Assembly (NCBI GenBank): GCA_035759945.1
Contig: DASTTX010000160.1
Location: 22,004 to 86,003, forward strand
Source: Candidatus Limnocylindria bacterium
GTDB taxonomy: Bacteria; Chloroflexota; Limnocylindria; QHBO01
Direction: 5' to 3'
Length of the DNA: 64,000 nt
The position numbers and the translations under genes are program-made. Shown here piece after piece: positions 24,823-34,038 of this stretch (within the stretch, counting starts at the first letter, position 1; every line of letters begins with the position of its first letter). The notes beneath the pieces were generated by a model. That model saw only the letters and a program-made list of their open reading frames with translations. It did no database searches and had not been told where the DNA came from.

Positions 24823-26823
24823 TTGGCTCGACATGATCCGCAGCCGATGAGAACCGCGGCCGGCCGAGCCATCGTGGCGACGGGGATCGTCGCGGCCGCG
24901 CTCCTGGTGGCGTGGCTTGCGCCGCCCACCGCGCCGCTGCTCGTGTGGCCTCTGCTGGTGATCGTGCCGGGCTGGTATGTGCTCGCTCGTCTCGGTCCCC
25001 GCATCGACGGGGTCGGCAGGTTGGGCCTCGCCGTCGTCGGCTCGGTGGCGTTGTCCACGCACCTCGTGTACTGGCTCTCCCAGCTGACCGATGGGTACAC
25101 CCGCGGGACGGTCTTCCTGGCTGCGGCGGTGCTCGCGACGCCGCTGCCGGTGGCCGCGTGGGCGGCCCCTCATCGGCCGCGGGTCGGTCGCGGCGCCCTT
25201 GCCGTCGTGGCGCTCGGCGCACTGGCGGCACTGGTCGTGGGAGTGACGCTGGGAATCGGAATCTGGCGCGTGACGCCGGACGGCGTCTCCTCAGGCGGCT
25301 CGAACTGGAGCGACCTCGGCGTGCACCTTTCGATTGCCGAGACGCTCAATGCCGGCACCAACTTCCCGCCGGAGGTGCCGTACTTCGCCGGCGTGCCACT
25401 GACCTATCACTGGTTCGCCGACTTCCACGCCGCCATCCTGGCCGCCGCCGCCGGCATCTTCAGCGTGCCGGCCATGGTCTTCCAGTCGGCGTTGCTTGCG
25501 TTCGCGCTGGTCCTCCTCGTCGCATCGCTCGCCCGCCGCCTGGTGCGCGGTCACGACGCCCGTCGCGTCGCGCTGCTGGCGGCGGCGCTGGCCGTGTTCG
25601 GCGGCGGCATCGGCTACATCCGCTTCATCGGCGACGTCGGCGCGGGCCAGCTCTCGCCGCTCGAGCTCATCGCGCGCAACAGCTACGACAACCAGTGGCT
25701 CACCGGCTGGCCGTACTTCCGAATTCCGTCGGTCATGGGCACCGGCCTGCTGGCGCACCGCGCGACGACGGCCGGGCTGCCGATGCTGATCGGTGCCGTG
25801 CTGCTGCTCGTGACCGGGCTTCCGTCGGCGCGCCAGCGGGCGCGTGGCTGGCGCGATCGGCCCCTCGTGATCGGCGCGGCGGGCGTGCTCGGCGCCCTGC
25901 TGGCGCCGTTCCACTTCTTCTTTTTCCCCGTCTTCCCGCTGCTGGCGTTGGCGTGGGTCGTGGCGGGCCGGCGGCTGCTCGACGCGTCCGCGCCGCGGAG
26001 CGCGCTCACGCTCCTCGCGCCATACGTGCTGGCGCTGCCCTTCGTGATCGCCCCGGCGCTGCAGGCGGGCGGCTCGGGCGCGGTCCAGGTGGTCAGCGTG
26101 TGGCCGTCCGCTCCTCGCGAGGACGGCCTGGCCGCCGTGCTCTTCTTCTACGTCACCAACCTCGGCGTTCCCTTCGTGCTCGCGTTGGCCGCCCTGCTGC
26201 TGCCCCGCGTGCCGCACCGCGGCTTCATCGCCGCCTGGATCATCGGCCTGTTCCTGGTCCCGAACGTCGTGCAGCTCAGCGTCATCGACTTCGACATGAA
26301 CAAGTACTTCCAGGCGATGTGGATCGCGGTCGCCGTCCTGGCCGCGTGGCTCATCCGTCGCTGGCCGGCGCCCGCGGTGGCGGCGGTCATCGCGCTCAGC
26401 GTCCCGTCGCCGCTCCTCGTTGCGGGATGGACAGCGACGAGCAATCTCCAGGCGCTTTCGACCGCCGAGCTGGAGGCGGCTCACTGGGTGGCCGCCCACA
26501 CGCCACCGGACGCCGTCTTCGTGACCGACGGCTGGGTCAACTCGCTGACCGATGCGGCGGGACGCAAGCGGCTCACGACGTTCGGGCCGTACGTCGCCAA
26601 CCTGGGCTACCGCCCCGATGAGCGGATCAGCAACGTGATCAGCATCTACTGCGGGGGCGACACCGCCCTGTCCGCGCAGCTGATGCGGCGCTACGGGGCG
26701 AGCTACGTGGTGGATGGAGCGCGGCCGACGCCGTGCGTCGCCGCGGTCGACTTCGCGAGCGATCCGGCCTTCGAGCTCGTCTACGACGCCGGCCCACGCA
26801 TCTGGCATCTGCGCGACCCATAA
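24823..26823 (+). CDS. Large polytopic membrane protein, GT-C-type glycosyltransferase-like
   Basis: 666 aa, roughly 14 hydrophobic segments with a periplasmic-loop-rich architecture typical of GT-C (ArnT/PMT/Emb-like) enzymes. It is divergent from the PAP2 gene, with only 17 bp between the annotated starts. I did not identify a specific family. Confidence 0.6.
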   Translation: MARHDPQPMRTAAGRAIVATGIVAAALLVAWLAPPTAPLLVWPLLVIVPGWYVLARLGPRIDGVGRLGLAVVGSVALSTHLVYWLSQLTDGYTRGTVFLAAAVLATPLPVAAWAAPHRPRVGRGALAVVALGALAALVVGVTLGIGIWRVTPDGVSSGGSNWSDLGVHLSIAETLNAGTNFPPEVPYFAGVPLTYHWFADFHAAILAAAAGIFSVPAMVFQSALLAFALVLLVASLARRLVRGHDARRVALLAAALAVFGGGIGYIRFIGDVGAGQLSPLELIARNSYDNQWLTGWPYFRIPSVMGTGLLAHRATTAGLPMLIGAVLLLVTGLPSARQRARGWRDRPLVIGAAGVLGALLAPFHFFFFPVFPLLALAWVVAGRRLLDASAPRSALTLLAPYVLALPFVIAPALQAGGSGAVQVVSVWPSAPREDGLAAVLFFYVTNLGVPFVLALAALLLPRVPHRGFIAAWIIGLFLVPNVVQLSVIDFDMNKYFQAMWIAVAVLAAWLIRRWPAPAVAAVIALSVPSPLLVAGWTATSNLQALSTAELEAAHWVAAHTPPDAVFVTDGWVNSLTDAAGRKRLTTFGPYVANLGYRPDERISNVISIYCGGDTALSAQLMRRYGASYVVDGARPTPCVAAVDFASDPAFELVYDAGPRIWHLRDP

Positions 26824-26832
26824 GATGGGCCG

Positions 26833-27975
26833 ATGCAGGACGCCGCCGGCGCCGTCGTCGCCTTCGAGCACGTCACCAAGCGATATGGCCGGAGCGGTGG
26901 ACCGCCGGCGGTCGACGATCTGACCTTCACCGTCGCCGCGGGCGAGATCTGCGTGCTGGTCGGCCCGTCGGGATCGGGGAAGACCACCACCATGAAGATG
27001 GTCAACCGGCTGATCGAGCCCACCTCGGGGCGGATCACCATCGACGGGCAGGACGTCATGAGCCTGCCGGCCGTCGAGCTGCGCCGGCGCATCGGATACG
27101 TCATCCAGCAGGTCGGCCTCTTTCCACACCTCACCGTCGCGGAGAACATCGCCGTCGTCCCCGGCCTTCTGAATTGGGACAAGCCGCGCATCCAAACGCG
27201 GGTGGAGGAGCTGCTCGACCTCATCGGCCTCGAGGCGGGCTCCTACGCCAACCGCTATCCGGCCGAGCTGTCCGGTGGCGAGCGTCAGCGGGTCGGGGTC
27301 GCGCGCGCGCTCGCGGCCGATCCCCCGGTCATGCTCATGGATGAGCCGTTCGGCGCGGTGGATCCGATCCGGCGCGACCGTCTGCAGAACGAGTTCCTCC
27401 GCCTGCAGGACAAGGTCGGCAAGACGGTCATCTTCGTGACCCACGACGTGGACGAGGCGATCAAGATGGCCGACCGCATCGCGATCCTCCAGCGTGGCGG
27501 CAGGCTCGCACAGTACGACGCGCCGGCCGCGATCCTGGCCGAGCCCGCGTCGGAGTTCGTCGAGCACTTCGTCGGCGCGGACCGCGGCCTCAAACGCCTC
27601 TCGCTCAATCGCGTGAGCGATCTGGAGCTGACCCACCCGATCGTCGTGCGAGCGGGCGACGATCGGGCCGCGGCACGCGCTCGGCTGCGCGACGGCGACG
27701 GCGCGGGGTACGCGCTGCTGGTGGACGCCGAGGGGCGGCCGATCGGCTGGATCGACGATGACGAGCTGGCCGGTGGCGGAACGATCACCGCCAACGCGGC
27801 GCGGGCGGGGGCGGTGACCGTGGAACCGGAGACGACGTTGCGCGACGCGCTGTCCGCACTGCTCGGCTCGAGCGTCATGCTCGGCGTCGTGGTCGACGAG
27901 CGCGAGCGCGTCATCGGCCTCGTCAGCGTCGAGAGCATCAGCGATCGGCTCCGCCAGGCCGGGTCGCCCACATGA
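26833..27975 (+). CDS. Glycine betaine/choline/carnitine ABC transporter ATP-binding protein with tandem CBS domains (OpuCA/OpuAA-like)
   Basis: Walker A GPSGSGKTT, ABC signature LSGGERQRV and Walker B VMLMDEP. The C-terminal ~130 aa has CBS-like repeats. Confidence 0.9.
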   Translation: MQDAAGAVVAFEHVTKRYGRSGGPPAVDDLTFTVAAGEICVLVGPSGSGKTTTMKMVNRLIEPTSGRITIDGQDVMSLPAVELRRRIGYVIQQVGLFPHLTVAENIAVVPGLLNWDKPRIQTRVEELLDLIGLEAGSYANRYPAELSGGERQRVGVARALAADPPVMLMDEPFGAVDPIRRDRLQNEFLRLQDKVGKTVIFVTHDVDEAIKMADRIAILQRGGRLAQYDAPAAILAEPASEFVEHFVGADRGLKRLSLNRVSDLELTHPIVVRAGDDRAAARARLRDGDGAGYALLVDAEGRPIGWIDDDELAGGGTITANAARAGAVTVEPETTLRDALSALLGSSVMLGVVVDERERVIGLVSVESISDRLRQAGSPT

Positions 27976-28634
27976 ACGCGGGTGAGCCGTTCATCCGTTT
28001 CGACTGGATCATCGACAACCTCGATCAGATCGGCCAGCGCCTGGGCGAGCACGTCCTCATGGTCGTCGCCTCCGTGCTCATCGGCTTCGCGATCAGCTTC
28101 GGGCTGGCGCTGCTGGCGCGGAGCCATCGGTGGACGTACGGGCCGATCATCGCCGTCACCAGCACGCTCTACGCGATCCCATCACTCGCCCTGTTCGTGC
28201 TGCTCATCCCGATCACCGGGCTGAGCCTGACGACCGGGATCGTGGCGCTCGTGCTGTACACGCTCCTGATCCTGGTGCGCAACATCGTCGTCGCCCTCGA
28301 CGGCGTGCCCCCCGAGGTCGTCGAGGCAGCCACGGGCATGGGCTATGGTCCGCTCCAGCGCTTCTGGCGCGTCGAGCTGCCGGTCGCGACCCCGGTCATC
28401 GTCGCCGGCCTCCGCATCGCAACCGTCACCACCGTCGGCCTCGTTGCGATCACGACCTTCATCGGCCTCGGCGGGCTCGGCTACCTGATCATCAACAGCG
28501 GGACGCGCAGGTTCTTCCCGACCTCCATCTACGTCGGCGTGGCCCTGTGCGTCGTCCTGGCCGTCGTGGCGGACCTGCTCCTGCTGTGGCTGCAGCGTCG
28601 CCTGACGCCGTGGGCCGCGGCCCAGGGCCGCTGA
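27972..28634 (+). CDS. ABC transporter permease (OpuCB-like)
   Basis: Five or six TM segments and the BPD-transporter EAA-like loop (VVEAATGMGYGPLQRFWRVELPVA). It overlaps the upstream stop by 4 nt. Confidence 0.85.
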   Translation: MNAGEPFIRFDWIIDNLDQIGQRLGEHVLMVVASVLIGFAISFGLALLARSHRWTYGPIIAVTSTLYAIPSLALFVLLIPITGLSLTTGIVALVLYTLLILVRNIVVALDGVPPEVVEAATGMGYGPLQRFWRVELPVATPVIVAGLRIATVTTVGLVAITTFIGLGGLGYLIINSGTRRFFPTSIYVGVALCVVLAVVADLLLLWLQRRLTPWAAAQGR

Positions 28635-28637
28635 CCG

Positions 28638-29381
28638 ATGGAGCTGTTCGGCCAGGGCATCGCCTGGCTCGCCGATCCGGCGAACTGGACCGATCCACGC
28701 AATGGCATCTTCCTGCGGCTGTGGGAGCACGTCTCGCTGTCGGCTGCCGCGCTGGCCGCCGCCATCGCCATCGGCCTGCCGATCGGCCTCTGGATCGGCC
28801 ACACCGGGCGCGGGGCGACCGCGGTCATTGCGATCGCCAACATCGGCCGGGCGGTACCGTCGATCGGGTGGCTGGGCATCGTCTTCCCGCTCACCCTGGT
28901 TGCGCTCGGTCGTGGCGGCCTCGGGTTCGTGCCATCGGTGATCGCTCTCACGGCGCTCGGCATCCCACCCATCGTGACGAACGCGTACGCCGGCATGCGC
29001 GAGGTCGATGCGGACCTGGTCGAGGCGGGGCGGGGCATGGGCATGCGCGAGCTGGACGTGGTGCGCCAGGTCGAGATCCCGGTCGCCCTGCCGGTGATCC
29101 TGGCCGGCATTCGCGTCTCTGCGGTCCAGATCGTGGCAACCGCGACCCTTGCCGCCATCGTCGGCGGGGGGACGCTGGGCGACTTCATCATCCAGGGCAT
29201 CTTCGTGCGCGCGCTCGATCGAGTGGTCGGCGCCGCCATCCTGGTCGCGATCCTGGCCATTCTCACCGAGCTCGCCTTCAGCCTCCTCGAGCGCAGGGCG
29301 ATTTCGCCAGGCATCCGACGAGGTGGCCAAACCGCGCCGATCGAGCCCGGCGGAGTGGCCCTCCCGCGGGTCGCCGGCTGA
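28638..29381 (+). CDS. ABC transporter permease (OpuCD-like)
   Basis: Paralogous to the previous permease, with the EAA loop LVEAGRGMGMRELDVVRQVEIPVA. Confidence 0.85.
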   Translation: MELFGQGIAWLADPANWTDPRNGIFLRLWEHVSLSAAALAAAIAIGLPIGLWIGHTGRGATAVIAIANIGRAVPSIGWLGIVFPLTLVALGRGGLGFVPSVIALTALGIPPIVTNAYAGMREVDADLVEAGRGMGMRELDVVRQVEIPVALPVILAGIRVSAVQIVATATLAAIVGGGTLGDFIIQGIFVRALDRVVGAAILVAILAILTELAFSLLERRAISPGIRRGGQTAPIEPGGVALPRVAG

Positions 29382-29504
29382 GCCAATTCGCCACGTCGTG
29401 CGTATATGCATGACAGGGCCTGTCCAGAACCCTGCGGTAGACTGCCGCCCACCGCGAACCGGCTCACGGGTCGCGCCATGTCAACCCACTGGAGGAGATA
29501 ACCC

Positions 29505-30440
29505 ATGCGGATGCACCGCAAGCTCGCCCTCGGGGCGGCGACGCTCGCGCTGGTTCTCAGCGCGTGCTCGTCGGGTGAGGGTGAGAGCGCTTCGGCTGGT
29601 GCGAGCCAGCCGGCGGACCTGCCCTCCGTCTCGATCGGCTCGGCCGCATTCCCCGAGGCAGCATTGGTGGCCGAGATCTATGCACAGGCACTCGAGGCCA
29701 ACGGATTCACCGTCGACCGCCACCTGGAGCTGGGCGAACGCGACGCCGTCCGGGCTGCGTTCGGCGCCGGCGAGATCAACCTGGCGCCCGACTACCTCGG
29801 TGGCCTGGCCAGCCTGCTCGGTGCGGAGGTGTCCTCGGATGCCGATGCGACCCACGACGCCATGATCGCCGCGCTGGGTGAAGAGGAGCCGCCCCAGACG
29901 GCACTCGACTACTCGCCCGGCACCGATGCGGACGGATTCGTCGTCCGGCAGGAGACCGCCGACGAGCTCAGCCTCGCGACCATGAGCGACCTCGCCGGCG
30001 TGGCCGATCAGCTGGTGTGGGGCCTCGCCTCCGGGTGCCCCGACAACCCGCTGTGCGGACCCGGGCTCAACGACGTCTACGGCATCGACATCAGCACGCT
30101 CGACACCGAGTCGCTGACGCCGTGCAGTGCCGAGATCGCCGAGGCCCTGAACAACAGCGCCATCGACGTCGCGCAGGTCTGCACCACCCAGGCGGAGATC
30201 GCGGGCTTCAACTTCGTCCTGATGGAGGACGACAAGGGCCTGGCCCCGGCGCAGAACCTCGCTCCGGTGCTGACCCAGGAGCTGGCCGATGCCGGCGGTG
30301 ACGCCCTGGCCAGCGCGCTCAACGCGGTGACCGAGCTGCTCACGACCGATGAGCTCACCGCACTGAACCTGCGCATCGCCGACCAGGAGAGCTACGAGGA
30401 CATCGCCAGCGGCTGGCTGAGCGACAACGGCCTCAACTGA
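29505..30440 (+). CDS. Glycine betaine/osmoprotectant ABC transporter substrate-binding lipoprotein (OpuCC-like)
   Basis: Signal peptide plus lipobox LVLSAC. The OpuAC-type SBP fold (...GAGEINLAPDYLGG...) is present. GGAGGAGATAACCCATG provides the RBS. Confidence 0.85.
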   Translation: MRMHRKLALGAATLALVLSACSSGEGESASAGASQPADLPSVSIGSAAFPEAALVAEIYAQALEANGFTVDRHLELGERDAVRAAFGAGEINLAPDYLGGLASLLGAEVSSDADATHDAMIAALGEEEPPQTALDYSPGTDADGFVVRQETADELSLATMSDLAGVADQLVWGLASGCPDNPLCGPGLNDVYGIDISTLDTESLTPCSAEIAEALNNSAIDVAQVCTTQAEIAGFNFVLMEDDKGLAPAQNLAPVLTQELADAGGDALASALNAVTELLTTDELTALNLRIADQESYEDIASGWLSDNGLN

Positions 30441-30493
30441 CCCTCTCCTCCCAACGCCACGGGGCGGGCCGGTTCGCCGGCTCGCCCCTTCTC

Positions 30494-31174
30494 ATGCATC
30501 ATCAGGCTGGACCGATGACTGCAGCCGACCCCCTTTCCGACCACCTGGCCCTTGCCGACTGGCGCCGCCGCGTGCACGCCATGTACGCCGCGCTTCGCGC
30601 CGATGAGCGCACCGGGCCGATGCGCGCGGTCGCCTTCCGAGCCGCGAAGGATCGCCTGGTGGCCGAACATCCATCCTCACCGGTCCCGCCCACCGCTCGG
30701 CGCGACTTCCGCGGTCTCGCCTACTGGCGCCACGCCGATGACCTGATCCTGCGCGCGGCGGTCGAGCCCGACCCGCAGGCGCCGGCGATCGGCGTTCCGC
30801 GCTCGGGAGAGGGCCTCGGCATCCCGTTCCAGCGCATGGGCTGGGTCAGCTTCCGCGTCCGTGACATCGCCTGCCGCCTCTCGGTCTTCTGGCTGGACGA
30901 GTACGCCGGGGGCATCTTCATCCCGTTCCGCGACGGCACCAGCGGCTCCACGAGCTATGGCGGCGGGCGCTACCTGTGGGACTCGGCCAAGGGCGCGGAC
31001 CTCGGAACGACCGATGACGGCGAGCTCGTGCTGGACTTCAACTACGCCTATCACCCGTCCTGCGTGTTCGACCCTCGCTGGAGCTGCCCGCTGGCGCCGC
31101 AGGAGAACTGGCTGGAGGTTCCGATCGAGGCCGGCGAACGGCTCGACCGCGCGGCCGGCGAGGAGGCCGCGTGA
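30494..31174 (+). CDS. DUF1684 domain protein
   Basis: C-terminal FNYAYHPSCVFDPRWSCPLAP is characteristic of DUF1684. The start may be at 30515 (MTAADPL). Confidence 0.75.
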   Translation: MHHQAGPMTAADPLSDHLALADWRRRVHAMYAALRADERTGPMRAVAFRAAKDRLVAEHPSSPVPPTARRDFRGLAYWRHADDLILRAAVEPDPQAPAIGVPRSGEGLGIPFQRMGWVSFRVRDIACRLSVFWLDEYAGGIFIPFRDGTSGSTSYGGGRYLWDSAKGADLGTTDDGELVLDFNYAYHPSCVFDPRWSCPLAPQENWLEVPIEAGERLDRAAGEEAA

Positions 31175-31617
31175 GCGCCGAGACGCGCAACTGCATCAAG
31201 TGCGGCCGCGAGATCGGCGCCGACGAATCGATCTGCGAGGTCTGCAATCGCGCTGGCATGGTGGCGCCGTCCGCCTCCCAGTATCACGGCACCGTGGCCG
31301 TGGCCATCGTGCTGGCCGTGGCCGCGCTGGCGATCGCCGCGAGCCTCTCGTTCCGCGGCGTGGGGCCATACTCGGCACAGGTGAACGAGGTTCACGCCGC
31401 CGATCCGGGCTGGTCGATCACCTTCGCCGTGACGAACGAGGGCACGCGCGCGGGCCGCGCCAAGTGCCAGCTGGTCGCGCTTGGCGATGCCGGCGAGCGG
31501 CTGCGCACGCGCAGCGCGATCACGCTGCCGATCGAGGGCGGCGCGACGACCGAGCAGACCGAGACCATCCCCGGGCTCCAGGTCGAGCCGGCCGAGGTGA
31601 CGGTGAGCTGCTCCTAG
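31171..31617 (+). CDS. Zinc-ribbon membrane protein (hypothetical)
   Basis: N-terminal CIKCG...CEVC (C4 zinc ribbon), one TM helix (VAVAIVLAVAALAIAASL), and a ~90-aa extracytoplasmic domain. It overlaps the DUF1684 stop by 4 nt. Confidence 0.6.
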   Translation: MSAETRNCIKCGREIGADESICEVCNRAGMVAPSASQYHGTVAVAIVLAVAALAIAASLSFRGVGPYSAQVNEVHAADPGWSITFAVTNEGTRAGRAKCQLVALGDAGERLRTRSAITLPIEGGATTEQTETIPGLQVEPAEVTVSCS

Positions 31618-31620
31618 CCG

Positions 31621-32112
31621 CTAGTCGTCGAGCTGGAGGCGAACCTCGATCACTCCCTCCGCGAGTGGTGCGTCGCTGACGAGCTGCCAGGCGGCGTGCG
31701 ACAGGTCGACGATGCGCTGGTCACCGGTGTCCCAGTAGCACTCGCACCAGTCGACCACCGGCAGCCGCGCACAGCGTTCCGCGCAGACGGTCACGTGGCC
31801 GTTCACATCGCCGTCATAGCGACCCCCGAAAACGCCCGGCAGGGCGACCGTCGCCTGGCCCATCCAGCCGGCGGTGCCGGCGTAGTTGCTCGCGATGCCG
31901 ACGATCTGCTCGCCGGGCGAGCCCTCGGGATGGCCGGTGAGCACTGCTCCACGCTCCGGCGGCCGCGCCTGCGGCAGCTCCACGGCCGGCGCGGGAGGGC
32001 TCGTGCCCTTTGCGAGCGGCGGGCCGATCTCCGTCGCGGCAGTGCCGACGTCGGCCACGAGCAGTGCGGCGCACACGACGATCGCGGTGACGACGCCGAC
32101 GCGAAGCTGCAT
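31621..32112 (-). CDS. RlpA-like double-psi beta-barrel (DPBB) domain protein, secreted
   Basis: Signal peptide, then IASNYAGTAGWMGQATVALPG...GDVNGHVTVCAERCARLPVVDWCECYW...DLSHAA, typical of the RlpA/expansin-like DPBB fold. Confidence 0.65.
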   Translation of the reverse strand: MQLRVGVVTAIVVCAALLVADVGTAATEIGPPLAKGTSPPAPAVELPQARPPERGAVLTGHPEGSPGEQIVGIASNYAGTAGWMGQATVALPGVFGGRYDGDVNGHVTVCAERCARLPVVDWCECYWDTGDQRIVDLSHAAWQLVSDAPLAEGVIEVRLQLDD

Positions 32113-32254
32113 GGTTCATCTCCAGGCACGGGTCCGCGGCAATGGACGCCGGCGGACCGAGGGGCGGGCGGCGAGGTCGCGCAGGGTGCATCGCGACCGG
32201 GACACTCGCCGCCCATTGAGTGCGGCGCCGGTCGCAAGAAGGGTGCCAGCCGGT

Positions 32255-33991
32255 ATGCTGGCGCCCATGCACCGATGGGCTCGTGCCCTCCCGAGCGCTC
32301 TCGTGCTCCTGGCTCTGCTGGCCGGCGCAGCGCTCGCGGCGGGACCGCCGTTCCCCGATCCGCAGACCGACCGAGCGGTGTACGACGAGGCCGGCGTGCT
32401 ACGAGCCGAGACCGTCGCCGAGGTCGAGTCCCGGATCGACGCCATCGAGGCGGCGGTCGGTGCCGAGATCGTGGTCTACACCCAGGTCGATCCCGGCATC
32501 AGCGAGGACGAGAACCTGGCCAACGCCCGCGCCCTGATGGATCAATGGGGCATCGGTCGGGAGGGGTTCGACGACGGCCTGGTGCTGATGGTCGGCCTGA
32601 ACGAGGACCGGGTCCACGGCAAGGTCAGCCTGTACGGCGGGTCGGGCTTCCTTGCCCAGCACATCGACGAGGATGGCCTCCAGTCGATCATCGATGACCG
32701 CTTCGTGCCCCGGGCGGCCGACGGCGATCTCAACTCCGCGACGCTCGACACGATCGACGCCATCCAGGGGCGCATCGCACCCGACACGGTCCCCCTGACG
32801 GTGGCGCGGGTGGTGAACGCCGTACTCGGCATCATCGTCGCGCCGCTGGCGCTCATTCTCATCCTCGGCCTCGCGTGGTGGAAGTGGCGGCGGGAGGGCG
32901 ACGATCCCGAGCTGATCGACTCGCCGTCCATCCTCATGGCCGGTCCGCCGGCTGAAATGACGCCACCGCTGGCAACGGTTGTCCGCAACGGGACGGCGAA
33001 CCAGCACAGCATCAACACCGTCCTCGCGGAGCTGGCGAGCACCGGCCGCCTGACGTTCCAGAACCTCGATCGGGTGCGCGAGGTCAAGAGCGACGACGAC
33101 CCGGATCCGCTGACCGATCCGGCCATCACCGTCAACGCGGAGGCTGGCGACGACGATGACCTCGCGACGCCGGAGCGCCAGGCGTGGTCGTCCCTGCGCT
33201 CGCTGGCCGGAGGCAGCGACACGCTGCGCCGCGAACGGCTGTGGCGTGTCAATTCGGAGCTCGACGACGTGAAGGGGACGCTCGAGTCCGAGGCCGTTCG
33301 CCTCGGCTGGCTGGCGCGCATGCCGGGTCCCGAGATCACGCGCATGACGGTCATCGGGGTCGGGCTGGCCATCGTGGGCGGCATCGTCATCTTCATCGGC
33401 GTCTCAATCCCGATGAGCGGGGCCGTCCTGCTGGGCGCCGCCCTGGTGCTCGGCGGCGGGGGCACCGTCGGGTTCGGGCGCGCCATGAGCCAACGCACCG
33501 CCGCGGGTGCCTACGTCGACGCCATGTTGTCCGCGTATCGGCGGACGCTGCGCAAGACGATGGAGCTGGCCCACAGCATGGACGAGGTGGTGAACGAGCC
33601 CGACGTCGCGCGGCTCGCGAACACACCCGACAAGGCCGTGGTCTGGGGCCTGGCGCTCGGGCTGCATGACGAGGTCGCGTCGCTCCTCGCCCGCGGCCTT
33701 GCCAACCAGCGCGACACGACCGGCTCGCCCGTCGGCGCCTACTACCCGACCTGGCTCGGATCGACCCCCGGGTCGGCGTGGAGCGCTTCCGCCGGCGACG
33801 CGGCGGGCGGCGTCAGCTATGGCTCGGGAAGCATCTTTTCCGGATCTGCCATGCCCGACATCGGCGGCATGTTCAGCGCGCTCGGCAGCGTCGGCTCGTC
33901 GCCACCGTCGAGCTCGTCCGGCAGCAGCGGCGGTGGTGGCTTCGGCGGTGGTGGTGGGGGCGGCGGAGGCGGCGGCTCGGGCTCGTTTTAA
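32255..33991 (+). CDS. TPM-domain + DUF2207-type membrane protein with Gly-rich C-terminal tail
   Basis: Signal peptide, then a TPM-like domain (VYDEAGVLRAETVAEVESRIDAIEAAVGAEIVVYTQVD). Two TM regions flank a large domain, and the C-terminus reads SSGSSGGGGFGGGGGGGGGGGSGSF. The track ORF starts earlier (31886) inside the convergent RlpA gene; the start was moved to the ATG at 32255. Confidence 0.7.
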   Translation: MLAPMHRWARALPSALVLLALLAGAALAAGPPFPDPQTDRAVYDEAGVLRAETVAEVESRIDAIEAAVGAEIVVYTQVDPGISEDENLANARALMDQWGIGREGFDDGLVLMVGLNEDRVHGKVSLYGGSGFLAQHIDEDGLQSIIDDRFVPRAADGDLNSATLDTIDAIQGRIAPDTVPLTVARVVNAVLGIIVAPLALILILGLAWWKWRREGDDPELIDSPSILMAGPPAEMTPPLATVVRNGTANQHSINTVLAELASTGRLTFQNLDRVREVKSDDDPDPLTDPAITVNAEAGDDDDLATPERQAWSSLRSLAGGSDTLRRERLWRVNSELDDVKGTLESEAVRLGWLARMPGPEITRMTVIGVGLAIVGGIVIFIGVSIPMSGAVLLGAALVLGGGGTVGFGRAMSQRTAAGAYVDAMLSAYRRTLRKTMELAHSMDEVVNEPDVARLANTPDKAVVWGLALGLHDEVASLLARGLANQRDTTGSPVGAYYPTWLGSTPGSAWSASAGDAAGGVSYGSGSIFSGSAMPDIGGMFSALGSVGSSPPSSSSGSSGGGGFGGGGGGGGGGGSGSF

Positions 33992-34038
33992 TCTCACCGG
34001 TGGCGCTATTTAAACGAAGCGCGTATCGTTTCAAGCCA

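Noticed and set aside
25291-27636. 781-aa minus-strand ORF
   Set aside because: Antisense to the GT-C-like membrane protein and the OpuCA ATPase.
28182-29521. 409-aa and 330-aa minus-strand ORFs
   Set aside because: Antisense to the two OpuC permeases, which have convincing TM/EAA-loop sequences.
33895-33990. Poly-glycine coding tract (GGCGGNGGN repeats)
   Set aside because: It is in frame as the C-terminal tail of the TPM/DUF2207 protein. It is a low-complexity coding region, not an independent repeat element.
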